A stretch of 37,809 bases of DNA from Hyalangium sp. (GTDB lineage: Bacteria > Myxococcota > Myxococcia > Myxococcales > Myxococcaceae): contig NZ_JBJMQP010000096.1 in assembly GCF_045802625.1 (NCBI RefSeq), positions 1 to 37,809 of the forward strand, given 5' to 3'. This document shows positions 9,637-18,811 of the stretch, in pieces. Each line of letters opens with the position of its first letter. Positions within the stretch are counted from its first letter, which is position 1. A program made the translations under genes and the position numbers. The notes below the pieces were generated by a model, which did no database searches, was not told the origin of the DNA, and worked only from the letters and a program-made list of their open reading frames with translations.

Positions 9637-10808
9637 ACGAGGTCTACGTCCTCGCCATCGAGTCGTCCGCTCCGGTGCCGCTGGCCGAGCTGCGCCAGAC
9701 GTTCGAGACGGATGACGTGCGCTTCTCCCCGCTCGAGCCGGGGGAGGGGTTCGCCGTCCACGCGGAGGGGACGCGGGTGGAGGTGCGCTTCGGCATCGAC
9801 GGGCCTTCCGCGTCCTGGGAGCCGCGCCTGCTGACGGGGAGCGAGGAGGCTCAGCAGGCCTTCCGGTCCGCCAAGGGGTTCTATCGCCTCTCCGTGGAGC
9901 CGGGCTCGGGGCCGCAGCCCACCGTGCCCGTGTTCGAGGCGCTGTGGTGCGCGCGCACGCTGATGGAGCACACCCAGGGGGTGCTGCTGGATCTCACCGC
10001 GTACAAGCTGCACGACGTGGCGGACGTGGTGGAGATCACCGAGCTGGACTTCGACATCCGCGATCACGTGAACCTGCACGCGGTGGCGGCCATCGAGGGT
10101 GACACGCCGCTGTGGGTGCACTCGCACGGGATGGAGAAGTTCGGCACGCGAGACCTGGAGATCTTCCACCTGGGCGAGGAGGATCTGCTGGCCGCGGAGA
10201 TGTTCCTCCACGAGCTGTGCACGGACATGGCCTTCGGGCAGGGGCCGGAGCTGCGCAAGGAGGTCCACACCAGCGAGGGCCAGTCCTTCATGCTGGTGCC
10301 CTCCGAGGAGGCGCGGGTGAACCTGCTCGGCGTGCCGCTGGACACCTTCGAGGGCCACGAGTCCCTGTTCCTCAGCGTGGTGTCGCCGCTGGGGCGGCAC
10401 AACACCGCGGAGCTGCTGCGCCCCTACCGCGAGCGCTTCGTCCCCGAGCCCGAGGAGCGCACCGAGTCGCTGCGGTTCGAGTCCCAGGCGCTGCTGCCCG
10501 CCTTCAAGGCGCGCTTTCAGCGCAAGGGGTTGATGGAGCCGCTCACCTTCCTGGTGCGCGCCCCCTTCGAGACGCACCCCGAGGGCCAGGAGGTGGAGGA
10601 GAACCTCTGGCTGGAGGTGGTGGGCTGGGAGGAGGGCACCGTGGTGGGCAAGCTGGTGGATGGCGCCGTCCACACCACGGAGTGGCGCAAGGGAGCCCAC
10701 GTCGAGGTGGACGAGGAGCACATCAACGCGCTGGCCATCAGCCGCGAGGGGCGCACGCTGGATGAAGAGGAGATGCGCGCCCTGCTGATCGCCGAACGGC
10801 CCATGTAG
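9633..10808 (+). CDS. hypothetical protein (C-terminal part resembles a DUF2314-like fold)
   Basis: The GTG start overlaps the dNK stop by 4 nt (GTGA). 391 aa with high GC3. No recognisable catalytic motif. Confidence 0.6.
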   Translation: MNEVYVLAIESSAPVPLAELRQTFETDDVRFSPLEPGEGFAVHAEGTRVEVRFGIDGPSASWEPRLLTGSEEAQQAFRSAKGFYRLSVEPGSGPQPTVPVFEALWCARTLMEHTQGVLLDLTAYKLHDVADVVEITELDFDIRDHVNLHAVAAIEGDTPLWVHSHGMEKFGTRDLEIFHLGEEDLLAAEMFLHELCTDMAFGQGPELRKEVHTSEGQSFMLVPSEEARVNLLGVPLDTFEGHESLFLSVVSPLGRHNTAELLRPYRERFVPEPEERTESLRFESQALLPAFKARFQRKGLMEPLTFLVRAPFETHPEGQEVEENLWLEVVGWEEGTVVGKLVDGAVHTTEWRKGAHVEVDEEHINALAISREGRTLDEEEMRALLIAERPM

Positions 10809-10820
10809 GCTGCGCGCCCC

Positions 10821-12521
10821 ATGCCCGCCCTGTTGCTGCTCACCGGCCCTTCCGCCGGCCGCCGGTTCGAGGTGGTCTCGGAGGTGACGATCGGCCGCAG
10901 CCCCTCGTGCGAGCTCCAGATCGACGACGACAAGGTGTCGCGGCGGCACGCGCGGATCTTCCTGCGCGAGGGCCAGGTGTGGCTGAGCGATCTGGGCTCG
11001 ATCAACGGCACGCTCGTCAACGGCCGGCGGGTGAAGGGCGAGGCTCGTCTGCTGCCGGGCGATCGCTTCCAGGTGGGGGAGACCACCGCCACCTACGAGC
11101 CGCTCCCCGAGCCAGTCCTCGCGGAGACGCAGCCGCTGGACGCCAGCCATGTGCCCATCGCGGAGGTGCTGCCCCACGTGGGGCCCGAGGCGGGGCTGTT
11201 CTCGGCGGCGGTGGCGCTGCTGGGGGCTACCAGTGAGGCCATGGTGCTGCGGCGGCTGGTGGTAGAGGCCCTTCACGCGCTCAACGCGGACCGGGCCGCG
11301 GCGCTGCTCGGCGGGCCGGAGGAGCTGCTCACCGCGGCGGTGTCCGGCGCGGCCTCCGTGGAGGTTCCCCGCTTCATGTCGAGCCTGGCGCTGGAGATGA
11401 AGGAGGTGGCCTCCACGGGCACCGCGCTGTGCGCTCCGCTGGTGGCCTCGGGGGGAATGCCCTTTGGGGTGCTGTATGCGGAGTGCAACGAGCCGCGGTT
11501 CTCCGCGCTGGAGGTTCAGCAGGTGGCGGCGCTCGGGCGTATGGGCGGGGAGGCGTATACGGCCCTGCGCTCGCGTGCGCGGGAGGAGCAGGCCCAGGTG
11601 GAGGTGGTGGGCACCTCCCGGCCGTTCCGCCGCATGGTGGAGCAGGCCCGGCGCGCGGCGGCCAGCACGGCGCCCGTGGTCATCTCCGGAGAGCCCGGGA
11701 CGGGGAAGAGCCTGCTGGCCCGGTACATCCACCTGCACTCCCCGCGAGGGCTCGGGCCGCTGGTGGCGGTGGACTGCCGGCAGCCGGCCGTGGAGGAGCA
11801 GCTCTTCGGTGGAGCCAGTGCTCCTGGGCTGCCGCCGCGCTCTTCGGCGCTCCTGCGCGCGGATGGGGGCACGTTGCTGCTCCAGCATGTGGAGGGGCTC
11901 TCGGGCGCTGTCGTCGAGCGGCTCACGCGGCTGCTCACGAGCAAGGTGGCTCCGGCGAGGCAGGGCGGTGAGGAGCCCGTGGATCTGCGCCTCATCGCAA
12001 CGGCGAGCGCGCCCGCTCAGCTCCTGGCGGCCCAGGGGGCGATGGACATGACCCTGGCGATGGCGCTGTCCGGGCTGGAGATCGAAGCGCCTCCACTGCG
12101 CGAGCGCCGGGCCGACGTGCTCGCGCTCTTCGAGCACTTCTCCCAGCGGAGCGCGGGAGAGACCCGAAAGCCTGCGCCTGTGCTGAGCCCGGGGGCCCGG
12201 CGCCTGCTGGCGGACTACACCTGGCCGCAGAACGTCCGCGAGCTGAAGCTGGTGAGCGAGCGGCTCGCGCGCGTGTACGCGGGCGGCGAGGTGTACGCGC
12301 TGCGGCTGCCCCCGGAGATCCAGGAGGGCGGGGTGGTGTCTGAGCCGAGCAGCTTGCCGCGGCTTGTGGAGCGCCTGGAGCGGGAGGCGATCATCGAGGC
12401 ACTCCAGGCCGCGGGCGGGAGGAAGAGCCGCGCGGCGGAGCGGCTGGGCATCAGCCGCCCCACGCTGGACAAGAAGATCGAGGAGTACGCCATCCGTGTG
12501 GAGCGCTCGCGGCGGAGCTGA
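10821..12521 (+). CDS. FHA-domain sigma54-interaction-domain transcriptional regulator with degenerate Walker B and GAFTGA motifs
   Basis: N-terminal FHA domain (GRSPSCELQIDDDKVSRRHARI...GSINGT), then an AAA+ bEBP core. Walker A is GEPGTGKS. GAFTGA is replaced by GASAPG, and Walker B reads TLLLQHVEGL where DE is expected. The R-finger PPLRER and WPQNVREL blocks are conserved. C-terminal Fis-type HTH. Confidence 0.85.
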   Translation: MPALLLLTGPSAGRRFEVVSEVTIGRSPSCELQIDDDKVSRRHARIFLREGQVWLSDLGSINGTLVNGRRVKGEARLLPGDRFQVGETTATYEPLPEPVLAETQPLDASHVPIAEVLPHVGPEAGLFSAAVALLGATSEAMVLRRLVVEALHALNADRAAALLGGPEELLTAAVSGAASVEVPRFMSSLALEMKEVASTGTALCAPLVASGGMPFGVLYAECNEPRFSALEVQQVAALGRMGGEAYTALRSRAREEQAQVEVVGTSRPFRRMVEQARRAAASTAPVVISGEPGTGKSLLARYIHLHSPRGLGPLVAVDCRQPAVEEQLFGGASAPGLPPRSSALLRADGGTLLLQHVEGLSGAVVERLTRLLTSKVAPARQGGEEPVDLRLIATASAPAQLLAAQGAMDMTLAMALSGLEIEAPPLRERRADVLALFEHFSQRSAGETRKPAPVLSPGARRLLADYTWPQNVRELKLVSERLARVYAGGEVYALRLPPEIQEGGVVSEPSSLPRLVERLEREAIIEALQAAGGRKSRAAERLGISRPTLDKKIEEYAIRVERSRRS

Positions 12522-12556
12522 AAGCCGCGGCTTCCACTCCCGCCACGGCCGGCTCC

Positions 12557-14218
12557 TCAGAGGGACTTGAGGAACTCGATCAGCTCCCACTTCTGGTCTT
12601 CACTCAACTCCCGAGTGCCGTACGCATGGCCCGCGTTCGAGTTGCCTGGGAGGGTGGTGTCGAACCGGAAGCCTCCGTCCCAGGGCTGAGTGTCGAAGCC
12701 CACGTTCTTGGGATCGAAGTCCCGGCTACCGACGTAGAACTGCTTGACCCGCTGCTCCGGAGGGACCAGCACCTGCCAGAGGTTCGGTACCGAGCCGTTG
12801 TGGAGATAGGGCGCCGTGGCCCAGATCCCATTGAGCGGCCGAGTCTTGTACACATTCAAGTCCTTGCCGTGCGATCTGGGCACCTTGAGGAACTCGCCGA
12901 TCGCCGCCGTCGTCGACTCAATGGGCTGAGAGAGGATGGAGCCCACCACGGCGTGCAGAAGGATGTCCCAGCCGCCCGCCGTGGGGCCGAACGGCTCCCC
13001 GACGAGGACGTATTCCCTGGCGCCCTCGAGCGGGCCCGTCTTCGCCACGCGGGTCGAGAAGTTGGTGGCCATCTTTGGATCCGTCCCCACCTCCGCGAGT
13101 GGCGTCAGGACCGCGGAGACTCGCCGGGCCGGGCTGGTCCGGTCGATGAACGCGTGGCACCTCACGCAATACTTCTCATAGTGTGCCTTGCCCCTGGCGG
13201 CCTTGAGGGGATCAATGGCTGGCAGGACTTCCGTGGGCCACTGGGGGGACCAGAGCTTCTCCAGCGACTTCTCCAGCTTGCCAATGTTCTCGAAGTCGAT
13301 GGAGTTCTCATATCCAGGCATGAGCCCGGACGGGGAGAGCGTGACCGACGCGAAGACTCCCAGCAGCTCGCCGGTGTTGCGGAGCAGCGGCCCCGGCGGA
13401 GTGTTCGAGGCCGAGCCGTTCCACTGCACCACGTCGTGCTGGGGAGTATCCCAGAGGAACGGGTAGGAGACCGGGGCGTCCGCGTTGGTCCGGTTCTCGG
13501 GAATGCCAAGGTCGTGAGCCAACACCATGTTCAGGATGTCCCCGAAGGCATCCAGCCGGGCGTAGCCGTACGCCACCGGAGAGGCATTGAGGTGCCGGCG
13601 AGCTTCCAACTGCGCGGTCGTCTCGAACAGGGCCTGGCGCAGCTCATTGGCACTGTCCAGGTCATAGGCGTCGCGGAGGATGGCCCGCGCGAAGCGCTCG
13701 AACTTCGCGGCATCCTTGCTGGTGGCGGCCAGCGCGGCGGCCAGCTCGTCGAAGAAGGTCGTGAAGTCCGCGAGCGTGGGGGCCCCGTCAATGCGGAGCC
13801 CCACCCCGTTGAAGTTGACCTGGCCGGTATGGCACGCGGCGCAGGTCAGCCCGATCCAGCTCTGGCCATGCTTGTCGACGTCCTTCACGAAGCCCACGGG
13901 CAGACCGTCCGGGTTCAACGGGCTCGGGTCGGCCGTGAGGTACCGGAAGCGCTCGAAGTTCGCGGTAGAGCGGAACAGGTGGGTGTTCGAGGCCTGCTCC
14001 AGGTTCAGGAACCACTCGTAGGGGAGGATCTGGGAGCCCTGGGTGGTGAACCAGAACCACTCTCGCTCCGCCTTGTTCCAGCCCTGGCTCAGGTTGACCA
14101 CTTTGATAGGGCCCCCCCGGGGCGCCTCATCCTTGGAGACGGAGTGGGAGGTGGCACAGCTCTCGAGAACCAGCATGAGGCACGCCATGGCGGCGGCCCT
14201 GGGCAAACATGTCTTCAT
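12557..14218 (-). CDS. secreted di-heme c-type cytochrome (DUF1111 / peroxidase-like family)
   Basis: Two CxxCH motifs (CAACHTG, CVRCHA) and a Sec signal peptide. Start ATG 14218 is preferred, with SD GGAAAGGA 6 nt upstream; TTG 14224 is the alternative. Confidence 0.75.
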   Translation of the reverse strand: MKTCLPRAAAMACLMLVLESCATSHSVSKDEAPRGGPIKVVNLSQGWNKAEREWFWFTTQGSQILPYEWFLNLEQASNTHLFRSTANFERFRYLTADPSPLNPDGLPVGFVKDVDKHGQSWIGLTCAACHTGQVNFNGVGLRIDGAPTLADFTTFFDELAAALAATSKDAAKFERFARAILRDAYDLDSANELRQALFETTAQLEARRHLNASPVAYGYARLDAFGDILNMVLAHDLGIPENRTNADAPVSYPFLWDTPQHDVVQWNGSASNTPPGPLLRNTGELLGVFASVTLSPSGLMPGYENSIDFENIGKLEKSLEKLWSPQWPTEVLPAIDPLKAARGKAHYEKYCVRCHAFIDRTSPARRVSAVLTPLAEVGTDPKMATNFSTRVAKTGPLEGAREYVLVGEPFGPTAGGWDILLHAVVGSILSQPIESTTAAIGEFLKVPRSHGKDLNVYKTRPLNGIWATAPYLHNGSVPNLWQVLVPPEQRVKQFYVGSRDFDPKNVGFDTQPWDGGFRFDTTLPGNSNAGHAYGTRELSEDQKWELIEFLKSL

Positions 14219-14320
14219 GAACAATCCTTTCCAGACTCCGAAGATCAGACATCCCCCCTCACGGGAGGTCTCGGGGGCTCTTCAAGGACTGCTCACGCCC
14301 TCTGTCTGTGAATCCAAGGC

Positions 14321-16273
14321 TCAGCCGACCCGGTACGAGAGATCGTGGAGGCGCAGCTCGTTCCACAACTGCTGGCACTTCTCCAGGGTCCAGCTCGCCG
14401 GGAGCGTGCGCTGCGCGTTCGAGCCACTGAGCAGCTCGCCGTGGAGGCCATGGTAGGCCGTGGTGTCGATGAAATGGACGGTGTAGCCGAGAGGCGTCAG
14501 CAACGCTTGCATGTAGCACTCCAGCACGTCCACGGCGTTGCTCGGGATCCAGACCCGATTGACTTCGGTGGGGCCGGTGTGCAGCTCGCCATGCTCGGAG
14601 AACTTCTGCGCGTTGTTCTCATGTTTGTGCAGCTCTTCCGGAGAGCAGCCGTGCTCCTGGGCGAGCTGGTTCACCTGGGTGCCTTTCCGGGCCCAGGTCC
14701 AGTAACCCACCCACTCCTTTGTCTCGATCTTCATCTGTTGGATGCCGGAGTCGCCCAGCTCTTGCAGCTGCTTCATGAGCTCGCTCTTCAGCTTCTCCTC
14801 CACCAAGGCCTCCTTCTTGCCCCAGGCTCCGTCCGCCTGATCGCCGGGCCAGGGCGGCTGGAGGCCCAGCTCCTCCAGGAGCTTCGACGCCCGGTGACGC
14901 TCCACGCGGGGCCCGAAGGGCTTCGGCACCAGGGCGTGGCCGTTGATGACTTGCAGGTTGACCAGGCCGGCCGTATGGGCGGTGCCCTGTCCGGGAACAG
15001 AGGTGTCGAACGCCACGGGGATCGGGATGAAGCTCTCGTCATCCAGCGCGAGCCCGGCCTTCAGCCGCTCCCGGAGATGAGCGAACTTCTCGCGCTGCAG
15101 CGTGGTGTTTGTCTCGCGGAACGTCCCCACCGAGAGCGAGGGGTAGCGAGCCGTGAGCTGATTCTGCTCCTTTGGCTCGAGGAGCTCATAGAGCCGGATC
15201 ATCAGTCCGGGATCCGCGATGAGCACTCGGGAGGAGCCCTCTTCGGGCTGGAGGAAGGCCACCAGCTCACTGACGTGCCCGACGGCAAGCCAGGAGGTGT
15301 CGATCGGGAGCAGGGGCTGGAGCCGCTGCGACGTCAACCACTGGCGCAGCCGCGGTTCCATGCGGCCCTGCTCGCTGTCCCCGACGACCAGCTTGCCGAG
15401 CGGCGCGGGCGGGTGCTCGGTGACGGCGGGACCGGACTCGTCTGCCGCGAGCGGCGCGGTCTTGCTCGGCACGGGGGGGCTGACGAGTACGTTGCCCCCA
15501 TAGCTCTGGTGGGACTCTCTGGCTCCCTTCTCGGCGAAGAAGACGTCGTTGCAGACGGGCAGCAGGCCCGGCAGCGTGGACAGGACAAGCTCGCTGAGCG
15601 AGCCCTTGGGCAGCCTCGGGAAGTGCAGGGCCACGGCCGTCTGGGTATGCTTGTCGAAGTCGCAGCAATAGCCTGCTTGGAACTGATCCTGGACCCGCGC
15701 GTTGTCTTTGAAGCCATCCTTGAGCGTGTTGAAGAGATACAGTCCATGAGCGCCGTTGCCGTGCACGAGCGCGCTGGTGCCGTGCGCGAGCGCCTGAGAC
15801 GCATCAGCGGGGGACTGCAGGGATTCAGGCCAGATTTGATGGCAGGCCAGCGAGAGATCGTAGACGAACGGGTGATTCTCAGCAGGATCGTAGTACGCGA
15901 AGAGCCTCTCGCAGTGGGCCCAGCCGGGGAGGGCGAGCCAGGGGCCCAGGAGCGTGCTGCCCCACGCGGTGGGCAGGAAGCCGGCGAAGGCCTCTCCTTG
16001 GAGACTGCCCGGCTGGAGCTTCAGGGTGCCGCGCGTCGCGTCGCTCAACACGAGGTTGGCAGGAGTGAGATCCGTGGCGTGGATGGGCTCCTGGCCGCTG
16101 GTGAGCCTCTGCTCGATGACGGTGTGGTGCACCTTGAAGAGAAACTTCGGGTCCAGGCCGCAGGCGCTCTGGAGATGATCGGCCAGGGCCTCCCCCGTCA
16201 GCTCCGCGTCGGGGAGATGTACCTTGGTTTTGAACCAGCGCCCCTGACTGAAGAAATAGACATCCGTATCCAT
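14321..16273 (-). CDS. protein-arginine deiminase (PAD) family homolog, with catalytic Cys to Ser and Asp to Ser substitutions
   Basis: Blocks match PAD catalytic-domain signatures: RVQDQFQAGY (PAD4 D350 region), LAVGHVSELVAFLQP (VGHVDEF), HALVPKPFGP (HLGIPKPFGP), VHFIDTTAYHGLHGELLSGSNA (TFINDF.YH..HGEVHCGTNV). Start ATG 16273 with SD GAGGAG. The track's GTG 16369 would overlap the NmrA gene. Confidence 0.75.
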   Translation of the reverse strand: MDTDVYFFSQGRWFKTKVHLPDAELTGEALADHLQSACGLDPKFLFKVHHTVIEQRLTSGQEPIHATDLTPANLVLSDATRGTLKLQPGSLQGEAFAGFLPTAWGSTLLGPWLALPGWAHCERLFAYYDPAENHPFVYDLSLACHQIWPESLQSPADASQALAHGTSALVHGNGAHGLYLFNTLKDGFKDNARVQDQFQAGYCCDFDKHTQTAVALHFPRLPKGSLSELVLSTLPGLLPVCNDVFFAEKGARESHQSYGGNVLVSPPVPSKTAPLAADESGPAVTEHPPAPLGKLVVGDSEQGRMEPRLRQWLTSQRLQPLLPIDTSWLAVGHVSELVAFLQPEEGSSRVLIADPGLMIRLYELLEPKEQNQLTARYPSLSVGTFRETNTTLQREKFAHLRERLKAGLALDDESFIPIPVAFDTSVPGQGTAHTAGLVNLQVINGHALVPKPFGPRVERHRASKLLEELGLQPPWPGDQADGAWGKKEALVEEKLKSELMKQLQELGDSGIQQMKIETKEWVGYWTWARKGTQVNQLAQEHGCSPEELHKHENNAQKFSEHGELHTGPTEVNRVWIPSNAVDVLECYMQALLTPLGYTVHFIDTTAYHGLHGELLSGSNAQRTLPASWTLEKCQQLWNELRLHDLSYRVG

Positions 16274-16326
16274 GGGTCTCCTCGAGCTTGTCGGCCTGGA
16301 CGAAGGTGCGCACGCGCGTGCCAGGG

Positions 16327-17277
16327 TTACGCCGCCCCCAGCAGGCGTGCCTTGTTGCGCGCGAGCCACTCGGAGAACGTCTGCAGCCCCGGGTTCAGCT
16401 CGCGCGCGAAGGCAGGGTCGCGGACAGCGCAGTACTCCTTCTCGAAGTCGCGCATGAACTGGAACATGTTCGCCAGGTCCTTGGCGCCGGGGAAGTTGAA
16501 CGTCCGGTACACCTCCGGCGGCATGTAGCCGTAGATGACCTCCTGGCCGAGCGCCTGTCTCAGCGTCGCGGCGATCTGCTCACCCGTCAGGTGCTCGCCG
16601 GCCAGGCCCACCGTCTTGCCGATCAGCTCGCGGCCCCGCTTGAAGATGCCGTAGGCACAGTCGCCGATGTCCTCGCTGGCGATGCCCGCGAGCTTCTTGT
16701 CCGCCATGGGCAGGACGAAGACGAGCTTGCCGTCGGGACCCTTCTTCGAGCCCATCCCGAAGCGCAGCAGGTTGTCCCAGGAGAATGTCGTGAGGAGGAA
16801 CGTGGTCGGCACGCCCAGCTCCGTGAAGTGGCGGTCGCTCTCGCCCTTCACGTCGAACTGGGGGACCTTGTACTTCCCCTTCAACGTCGGCATCCGCTCA
16901 TCCTCGAGCGGCATCAGGCGGCGCGTGTCCTCCAGCGTCGACCAGATGACGTGCTGCAGGCCCGCATCCTTGGCGGCCTGAGCCATTGTCCTGGCCTGGG
17001 CGAGCTCCTTCTCGGGAGCGGAGTTCTCCCAGAAGTTCGTGAGGCAGAAGGCCCCGTAGGCGCCCGCGAACGCCGCGCGCATGCTGCCCAGATCGTTCAC
17101 ATCGGCCGTGACGACCTCCGCGCCGAGCTTCGCCAGCTTGTGTGCCAGCTCGGAGTTTGACTTGCGCGTGAGGGCGCGCACCGCGAACTCGCCGCTGGGG
17201 TCCGCGAGGATGGCACGCGCAAGGCCTCCCCCCTGATCTCCCGTTGCTCCCACCACCGCGATGATCTTCTTGTTCAT
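16327..17277 (-). CDS. NmrA-family NAD(P)-binding protein
   Basis: Rossmann motif VVGATGDQGG with NmrA-like architecture; 316 aa. ATG start with SD GGAGA. Starts 21 nt downstream of the SET gene. Confidence 0.85.
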   Translation of the reverse strand: MNKKIIAVVGATGDQGGGLARAILADPSGEFAVRALTRKSNSELAHKLAKLGAEVVTADVNDLGSMRAAFAGAYGAFCLTNFWENSAPEKELAQARTMAQAAKDAGLQHVIWSTLEDTRRLMPLEDERMPTLKGKYKVPQFDVKGESDRHFTELGVPTTFLLTTFSWDNLLRFGMGSKKGPDGKLVFVLPMADKKLAGIASEDIGDCAYGIFKRGRELIGKTVGLAGEHLTGEQIAATLRQALGQEVIYGYMPPEVYRTFNFPGAKDLANMFQFMRDFEKEYCAVRDPAFARELNPGLQTFSEWLARNKARLLGAA

Positions 17278-17298
17278 GATTGTCTCCGCATCTCGTTG

Positions 17299-18609
17299 TC
17301 AGCCAACTCGTTGATCGCTCTGCGCGCTCGTGTCTTCGGGGCCAGGAGAGGCGCTGCGCAGCGTGGGAAGGAAAGTCCGCGCCAGGCCGGCGAACGCGTG
17401 GAGCAGCCGCTTCTCTCCGCGCCGCAGCAGGAGGCAGGTGCGCGCGTTGCGCGAGAGCTCCGCATCCCGGAGGAGCTGCTCGTCCTCCTCCAGCGTCGTC
17501 TCGAAGCCCGCGAGCCGCGCCTCGCAGAGCTCACCGAGCGTACGGAGGACCCGCTCCTCGTTGTCCACGCTCAAGGGCTCAATGACGCCCAGGCCCCCGC
17601 TGGCGTTGGCAGCGGAGGTGATGCTGGCGAGTTCCTCCTCGTTCGCATGGGCCACACGGAGGAAGGAGAACATCGCCGCGGTCGTTGCGTGATCGTAATA
17701 GAGGGGCACCTCGAAGCGGCGCAGCGCGGTGGGGCTGGACAGCCCCAGGAGCTCCCGCTTGACGAGCGCCAAGGGATCACTTTCGGGAATGCCCAGATGG
17801 AGCAACAGCTCATCCTGAGGGTTGTCCTCGGGCACGAAGCCGTAGTTGAGCAGGAAGCGGAAGTTGGACTTGACTCCGTAGCTGATGTGGAATTCCTCGC
17901 CTGCGGACACGGCCTCTCGCGCCACCAACACGAAGGCCGTCTCGTCCGCGGAGGGTCCCCACAGGCCATGGGGAGACTGCCGGTGGTTGAGCATGTCCGC
18001 CAGCGGCACGAAGCACCGGACGAGCTTTCCGCCCAGCTTCATGCCGAAGGTGCGGCTGACGAGCACGAGCTGCGCCCAGAGGAACGCGTCAGGAGTGAAG
18101 CGCGAGAATCCAGGAACACGCTCGCACAGGAAGGCATACTCGCCCAGCAGCAGCGCCCTCCATCTCGCGACCTCCCCCAGCATGGCGGAGCCCTTCAAGA
18201 AAGAGAGGTCGTGCTCGTCGAAGAAGAGGGGCAGGTGAGGGAAGGCGGCCGGCAAGGGATCGAGATAAGGCTTCCAGCAGGAGTTCTCTCGCGAGCGTTC
18301 CTGGAGGAGGAAGGCGGCCAGGCACGACTCCTCGCTCGCGGAAGGGGCATGAGCCGCGATACGGCGGCCGATGTCGGAGGCGCTGGCGACGTCGAACGTC
18401 AACAGGCACCCCCGTGGCACTCGGAGCACCTCCTCGCCCGGAGCAATATCGGCCCGGGCAAAGACGCCGCGCTCGCCGCCCTCCAAGTAGTCGATTCGCA
18501 GTTTGGGGAAGGAGGCTCCTGCCTGTTCAAGCCATTCCAGCGAGAAGGGCTCGTGCGCCGGATGACTGTCCTTTGGGGTACTTGGGTCTGCCTGAAAGTC
18601 GGTGCTCAT
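17299..18609 (-). CDS. SET-domain protein lysine methyltransferase (Rubisco-LSMT/SETD3-like)
   Basis: SET signatures VPLADMLNH and GEEFHISYG, post-SET LLNYGFVPEDNP, and a helical C-terminal substrate-binding-like domain. ATG 18609 is preferred over TTG 18675. Confidence 0.8.
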   Translation of the reverse strand: MSTDFQADPSTPKDSHPAHEPFSLEWLEQAGASFPKLRIDYLEGGERGVFARADIAPGEEVLRVPRGCLLTFDVASASDIGRRIAAHAPSASEESCLAAFLLQERSRENSCWKPYLDPLPAAFPHLPLFFDEHDLSFLKGSAMLGEVARWRALLLGEYAFLCERVPGFSRFTPDAFLWAQLVLVSRTFGMKLGGKLVRCFVPLADMLNHRQSPHGLWGPSADETAFVLVAREAVSAGEEFHISYGVKSNFRFLLNYGFVPEDNPQDELLLHLGIPESDPLALVKRELLGLSSPTALRRFEVPLYYDHATTAAMFSFLRVAHANEEELASITSAANASGGLGVIEPLSVDNEERVLRTLGELCEARLAGFETTLEEDEQLLRDAELSRNARTCLLLRRGEKRLLHAFAGLARTFLPTLRSASPGPEDTSAQSDQRVG

Positions 18610-18811
18610 TGGCTCCGCCGTGCGGCGTGGGTGCGCCAGGAAAGACGTGGCAGCGGAGGTGGTTGTGATTTCCAAGGCTCAGCGAGGCAGGTCCGTGGTG
18701 AAGCTCCAGAGCAGCGAGCCAGGAGGAGTGCGCTCACCCGCCTGTCAGCCAGAGCCCTCGTCCGCTCTCCTGGAGCTCACATCCCTGAAGGATGAGAGCC
18801 TTCTGCATTCC

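Noticed and set aside
12522-12556. Palindromic AAGCCGCGGCTT between convergent genes as a terminator
   Set aside because: It is self-complementary with no loop and has no U-tract, so it is not a convincing hairpin.
9576-12590. 1004-aa ORF on the - strand
   Set aside because: It is antisense to the dNK partner gene and the FHA regulator. The product is Arg/Pro/His-rich and non-protein-like, while the sense-strand genes have clear domains.
12626-16528. 561-aa and 727-aa + strand ORFs
   Set aside because: They are antisense to the di-heme cytochrome and PAD-like genes, with no motifs.
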